From Eledone cirrhosa (lineage: Eukaryota), in NCBI GenBank assembly GCA_964016885.1, contig OZ024742.1, positions 255,254,001-255,318,000 on the forward strand: a DNA stretch of 64,000 bases, written 5' to 3'. This document shows, one piece after another, positions 58,199 to 64,000 of this stretch. The notes beneath the pieces are model-generated. The model did not search any database. It saw only the letters and a list, made by a program, of their open reading frames with translations, and was not told the DNA's origin. The stretch's first letter is position 1, and each line of letters begins with the position of its first letter. A program made the position numbers and the translations under genes.

Positions 58199-58213
58199 TG
58201 GTGACCTGACGTT
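58199..58213 (+). promoter_or_regulatory. Primer binding site, tRNA-Trp-like
   Basis: TGGTGACCTGACGT versus the tRNA-Trp 3' complement TGGTGACCCCGACGT. Confidence 0.75.
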
Positions 58214-58759
58214 TAAAAAAAAAAAAAAAGAATGTGAATTGGTATCATGTGTATATTAAAAAAAAAAGAGAAAGAAAAAAAAACATTTAATACAGAACAA
58301 CACACTTGATTCTGATATGGCTGTATTGACCGATCTAAACATATTTCTCTGTAACACTTAACATCAAACTCGTCATATGTGCAAAACGAACATCCAAAGT
58401 ATTTACACAAAAACACACAGCAATTGTATGAATGTTTTTTCTTTTTTTCTCCTCTTCTTCTTTTCTCTGGCTAAAATTTTTGAGGATGACAAGATGGCGG
58501 CTTTCTTCTCCATCAATAGTGTTTTGGGCGCGAAATAGTCCGCCATGTTGGTTTTAGTTTTAAATTCCCTGCCTATACCTTATTAATGACATCGCTCGGT
58601 TAGTCGCTCCTTTGCATATTGTCTCGGATGCATTCTTTTTGCTGTCCAGTTGTTTGACAGAGAAAAACAACCGATTTTGTTTTCCCTTTGCCTTGTGTTG
58701 GAGACATTTTTCCAGACGGAAACGATTTTTTTTTTTTGCAAATTATCTACGGTATACCA

Positions 58760-59557
58760 ATGGCATCTCATTCTGTTCTACCTATGTACACGGGCGACGT
58801 AAGGTTATGGTTCGCCCAACTCGAAGCATTTTTCGAGGCGAACAGAATTGACGAGGCACAACAACGTCCTCTGGTCCTTAGTGCAATTCCGCCGACACTT
58901 ATCCCAGCGATTAAGGTCCTGGTGTTAGAGACACCCACCGACGCGACGTACAAGTCTCTGAAGGCTGAAATACTCAGCCGAACTGCACAGTCCGCAGAAA
59001 AAAGGTTTAGGGCTCTGGTCCATCTGGAGCATATCGGTGATGGCACCCCATCGAACCTCCTAAGGCGAATGAAGGACCTAACGGAGGGGTCGGTAGCGGA
59101 AACTGCCATGCTGAAGCAGTTGTTCTTCTCGCGCCTACCGACCAACATTAGGGATACTTGCACGGGGGCTCAGCTTGCCGCCTCTGCGGACAAAGTTTTC
59201 GAAGTTACGAGTGCTGGAGGCAGCGAAGCCCTTGTCGCTGTTTCCCAACCAGCTCAGGCCACACCTGGCCATGCCATCTGCGCGGCAGCTCCTACAGAGA
59301 GCTCAGTTATTATGGCGATGCAGAGGGCCATTCAGCAACTCACCCTGGAACTCCAGAAGATGAAGGTCTGGTGTGATGCCCGTTCGCTCCTCCGCAGCCA
59401 CGGGAGATCTCAATCTTTAGACGCCGCTCCAAGTCACCAGCTTCATCTTTATGCTGGTAGCATGAGCGATTTGCCGAGAGCGCGAACCACTGCGTGCAAC
59501 CTTGCTCGTTTCATAAGGCGGGAAACGCCAAAGAGGTCCGCTGATGGGGGCAGTTGA
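58760..59557 (+). pseudogene. gag: Gypsy gag
   Basis: LWFAQLEAFF, LKQLFFSRLP; CHCC motif C-W-*-H-x9-C-x3-C in a shifted frame near 59452-59510. Confidence 0.85.
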
Positions 59558-62500
59558 CCTCAACATAAAGCCACCAGACCGCCATTTCTTCATTAAGGAC
59601 CTTGGGCCGGGAAGAGGTTTCCTCGTGGATACAGGAGCCTCCTGTAGTATTTGGCCGGTCCATTGCCTGAAAGATACCCCCGTAGAGTCATCCGTTACTC
59701 TGCAGGCCGTTAATCACTCGTCTATAAAGATGTACGGGCAAATCTCGCTTCCTCTCGAATTCCTAAATCTTCGTAGGGATTTTAAGTGGATTTTTACGGT
59801 TGCCGATTTGCCATACCTTTTCTTAGGAGCGGATTTCCTCCACAACTTCTCTTTGACTGTGGACGTCCGTGGCCAACGCCTGGTGGCGACATCACCGGTT
59901 TTTCAATTCATGGCCCGAAAGCCAATGCTCCAACAGTCAGCTCCATATTCTTCATCGCTGCCGCTGGAGACGCCTACCATTGTTAGGTTCTTTCCCGGAG
60001 CTCACCGATGGAAATTTTCGAGTCACTGAGCCAACACACTCAACTAAACAATTCATTTCCACCACCGGTGCTCCAGTGTTTTCGCGTCCACGCCGCTTAC
60101 TGGCGGACAAATTAAAGGCAACACGGTCCGAGTTCGACCATATGCTGCAGCTGGGCATTATTCGCCCATCTACAATTCTTTAGGCTTCACCGTTACACAT
60201 GGTGCCCAAGACTTCCGGTGACTGGAGACCCACTGGGCATTATAGGAGGTTAAATGCTATGACCGTCCCGGATAGGTATCCCATTCCCCATCTCCAGGAT
60301 TTCGCATCTTCATTGCAGGGGTGTAAGATTTTCTCAAAACTAGATTAGTGCGAGCTTACCACCAAATTCCGGTCAGAAAGGAGTATATTCCGAAAACGGC
60401 GATTACAACTCCTTTCGGATCCTTCGAATTTTTTACCTTGCCTTTCGGACTCAGGAACGCCGCTAGCACTTTTCAGCGGTTCATAGACGAAGTCACTCGT
60501 GGTCTGGACTTCGTTTATGCATACATAGACGATCTTATCGTCGCTAGTTCCTCTCCGGAATAGCATATGCAGCACATGCATCTCTTATTTCGGCGACTTC
60601 AGGATTACTGCGTTCGTGTGAATCCCGCAAAATGTGTTTTCGGTTCCACTTCGCTAAATTTTTTAGACCACCTCATCGACGCCGAAGGTATTAGGCCGCT
60701 TCCACAGCGAGTTCAAGCCATACAGGATTTACATCCGCCTACTACACTTCATCAGTTGCGTCACTTCTTAGGCCTAATCAATTTCTATAGGCGTTTCGTT
60801 CCTCATTGTGCTAATTTGCTATCTTCCCTTACTGACATTTTGAAAAATAGTCGTAAGAAGAATAAGGATATTTCCCTGACACAAGGACAGCTTCAAGACT
60901 TCTAGACTGCCGAGACAGCACTCGCTAGTTCATCTTTGCTAGCCCACCCGGTACCAGAAGTCAAGCTTTCGCTTTGTGTTGATGCATCTGATACCGCTGT
61001 GGGAGCAGTTTTACAGCAGTTCAATGCTGGAAGCCAACAACCTTTGGCATTTTTCTCAAGGAAGCTGAAACCAGCAGAAACGCGTTACTGCACGTTTGGG
61101 CGGGAATTATTAGCCATATATCTGTCGGTGAAACATTTCTCTCATATTCTTGAGGGGAGAAATTTTACTGTTTTAACCGACCACAAACCTCTGACCTTCG
61201 CTTTGAGGGCTAAAGCCGACAGATATTCGCCCAGAGAGACAAGGCACCTGAATTACGTTTCGCAATTTACAAATGATATCCAGCATATTGCTGGCTCGCA
61301 TAACATAGCTGCAGACGCATTGTCACGTTTGCCAATCAGCTCCATCTCGTCATCCCAGGAGATCGACTTAGGTCGTTTAGCTGCAGACCAACCTGTACTC
61401 CAATCGTTGGATACTCTTTCTACCGAATTTGCGACTTGCATCTTCAAATATCTGCTCTTGTCGACCAACCATCGACAGGCAGATTCTATGTGATGTATCT
61501 ACGGATTCACCACGACCATATGTTCCTGAGACTCACCGTCGAATTGTGTTCCTTACTTTGCACAGCATTTCTCACCCAGGAATTTCTGCCACAGTAAAGC
61601 TTATAACGGCTAAATTTTTCTGGCCCAATATGAGGCGAGAAATTACTGTCTGGTGCCGTTCCTGCACACAGTGTCAGAGATCTAAAATCCACAGACACAT
61701 CCAGACTCCACTTGGTACTTTCAGTGCTCCAGATGCTCGGTTTCAGCACATCCACATTGATATCGTTGGACTTTGGCCATTCAGCAGTGGATATTCGTAC
61801 CCCTTGACCTGTATCGATCATTTTTCGCGATGGCCTGAAGCTATCCCCTTAAAAGATATTACTGCTGATACTGTAGCGCGTGCCCTGGTATCAGGGTGGA
61901 TTACCCGCTTTGGGGTACCAACTAGAGTCACCACAGACCGTGGTAGACAATTTGAATCTCATCTTTTCTCTGAGCTCACAAAGATCATTGGCGCTCAACG
62001 GATTCGGACGACAGCTTATCATCCTGCTTCAAACGGAATGGTGGAACGATTCCACCGCCAATTAAAGGCCGCTCTTCGCACCTATCCAGACTCTCAACGT
62101 TAGAGCGAGTACCTTCCTATTGTGTTGTTAGGAATTCTGTCATCAATAAAGGCGGACCTTGGGTTCTCCCCGGCCGAATTACTGTATGGTGCTCCTCTAG
62201 CGTTGCCTGGGCAAATGCTTGCCTCTGTTGATCTTGCTTTCCAGGACCCTGTTTCCTAGGTATCTCGTTTGCGCTCCTATTTTCAGGACTTACCGCCCAT
62301 GAATACTAGGAAACAAACTATTAAAGCTGCAGTCCCGAGGGATATTGCTTCGTGGACACATGTATTCGTCAGAAACGATGCGGTTACTCCACCCCTCACA
62401 CAACCATACTCTGGACCCTACCGTGTGTTAGCACGTACTGACAAACATTTCACTGTAGACATTAAGGGGTCAAGAGAGACAATTTCGGTGGATAGACTAA

Positions 62501-62745
62501 AAAGACCATACAATGACGCTCATACACCCGAGCCACAAATACCCCAATCTTTCTCTCTTGTGCATACACCTTCTCCTTCTGCCCCACCTTCACCTACATA
62601 CAAGACCATGACCCGTTCCGGTCGAAGAGTCCACTGGCCCAAAAAACTCTGCCAAACTGTTTTCATGGGAACTGGCCACTGGAGCCGTTTTTGTTTTTCT
62701 CTTTATTGTATTACCATGTACCTTCCGTTACCATTTCATGCCTGA
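59544..62745 (+). pseudogene. pol: Gypsy pol (protease, RT, RNase H, integrase), disrupted
   Basis: LVDTGAS; PFGLRNA, YIDD; DAS..RELLAI..TDHKPL..ADALSR; H.ISHPG..C..C; [21 protein letters not shown]; GPY motif. Confidence 0.93.
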
Positions 62746-62870
62746 TTTATACATGTACCTTTTCGTTACCATTTCATGCCTGTACCTTTGCGTTAATATT
62801 TCATGCCTGTGCTGGGAGTCCATGCTAATGGGTTCGCTACAGTTACCTTCGGGTTTTTCGCCTAGCGTCT

Positions 62871-62879
62871 GGAGGAGGG
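62871..62879 (+). promoter_or_regulatory. Polypurine tract
   Basis: GGAGGAGGG, 3 nt before the 3' LTR. Confidence 0.75.
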
Positions 62880-62882
62880 TAC

Positions 62883-63464
62883 TGTAGCGTCGTTCTCTTA
62901 CGGCTGTAACTCAGCACGTATAGGAGTTGCGTCCCTTTGCGACGGTCGCGACTCCCAGTAACATCCATGTACTAAATGGAGTTGTGTCCCCCTGGGGACT
63001 ATATATTTGAGGACAATCAAGGCATCACTTTCACTTCCTTCGCCGCAACAAGAAGAACACCTCACATCTTGTCAAGAGATGACTCCTGTCTCACTTCCTT
63101 CGCCGCAACAAGAAGAACACCTCACATCTTGTCAAGAGATGACTCCTGTCTCACTTCCTTCGCCGCAACAAGAAGAACACTTCAGACCTTGTCAAGAGAT
63201 GACGCCTGTCTTCTCTCTCATTTCCTGCGCCGGCAGCCTAAAGAAACACTTGAACCTTACCAAGAGAAGATTCCTGTTCTCTACACACTCCGGTCTGGGA
63301 GTTGTGACCAACTGACCATCAACATGTGGTAAAAATTATTTCAATTGATTTATTTGACTTCTGTGAAGTAAAACCATGCCACAATACTCACCTGCATTTA
63401 TTGTCATTCTTAATAATGTATATACACTGATACTAATATCCTAAATAAAATATCTCCGGCCACA
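62883..63464 (+). repeat. 3' LTR
   Basis: TGTAGC...GCCACA; 60 bp repeats at 63031-63210. Confidence 0.9.
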
Positions 63465-63567
63465 TAGATGATTGCATAATAATTAGTCGGATTTTTGATT
63501 AAACAGAACTTATCCCCAAAAATAAACAGTGTGTTTTCCGATCTATGTCTGTTTCTTTTCTTCAAAT

Positions 63568-63682
63568 AATTGTTTCTACTTTTGGCACAAGGCCAGCAAT
63601 TAACTAGTGTATTACTGGTACTTTATTTTATCGACCCCATAAGGATGAAAGGCAAAGTTAACCTCAGCGGGATTTGAACTCA
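63568..63682 (-). mobile_element. Meta-domain SINE fragment
   Basis: Matches 42400-42515. Confidence 0.8.
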
Positions 63683-64000
63683 GATAAATATATAAAAATA
63701 TTTATGCAGTTCTCACAACTAGTGTCAGATTATTTGTAGAGATAAGTGGTGAAATAATTTGTAGAATTTTCGTACCTGTAAAGTACTGAGCTCGTAATAT
63801 TCACATTTCCATCACCCAAATATCTGGCTTTGTGCTACGTTAGAAGGAACAATTATTCTTCCCTGATTTGGTGCAAAAATAATATGATACAATTTTGAAT
63901 AAATGTTCATTTCTAAGCAAAATGACAAACATTTTGAAATGTTCCTTTGGAAAATTCTCAAATATAGAAGACAGAAGCATTATTAGAGAGAGAGAGAGTA

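Larger units (their letters stand above)
57636..63464 (+). mobile_element. Ty3/Gypsy LTR retrotransposon, CsRn1-like, near complete but disrupted
   Basis: Two LTRs, PBS, PPT, gag and PR-RT-RH-IN order; several stops and frameshifts. Confidence 0.95.

Overview
AT-rich, microsatellite-dense animal DNA made almost entirely of transposon debris. The SINE and LINE families look cephalopod (octopus-like), which is an inference. No host protein-coding gene is supportable. Recognisable elements: Penelope-like elements (PLEs), a near full-length RTE LINE with several fragments and partner SINEs, Meta-domain SINEs, L1/Tx1-like and R4/Dong-like fragments, Helitron remnants, a piggyBac-type MITE and a near-complete decayed Ty3/Gypsy element (CsRn1-like). 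The main signal is about 20 type I hammerhead ribozyme (HHR) motifs found by eye, many with the U3-A8 core variant. Many sit in sequence-unrelated head-to-head palindromes embedded in (TA)n tracts with one shared architecture: (TA)n, extension, arm, inverted arm, (TA)n. These look like miniature, TA-targeted PLE derivatives with a ribozyme on each strand. All structures were read manually; none was computed or assayed.
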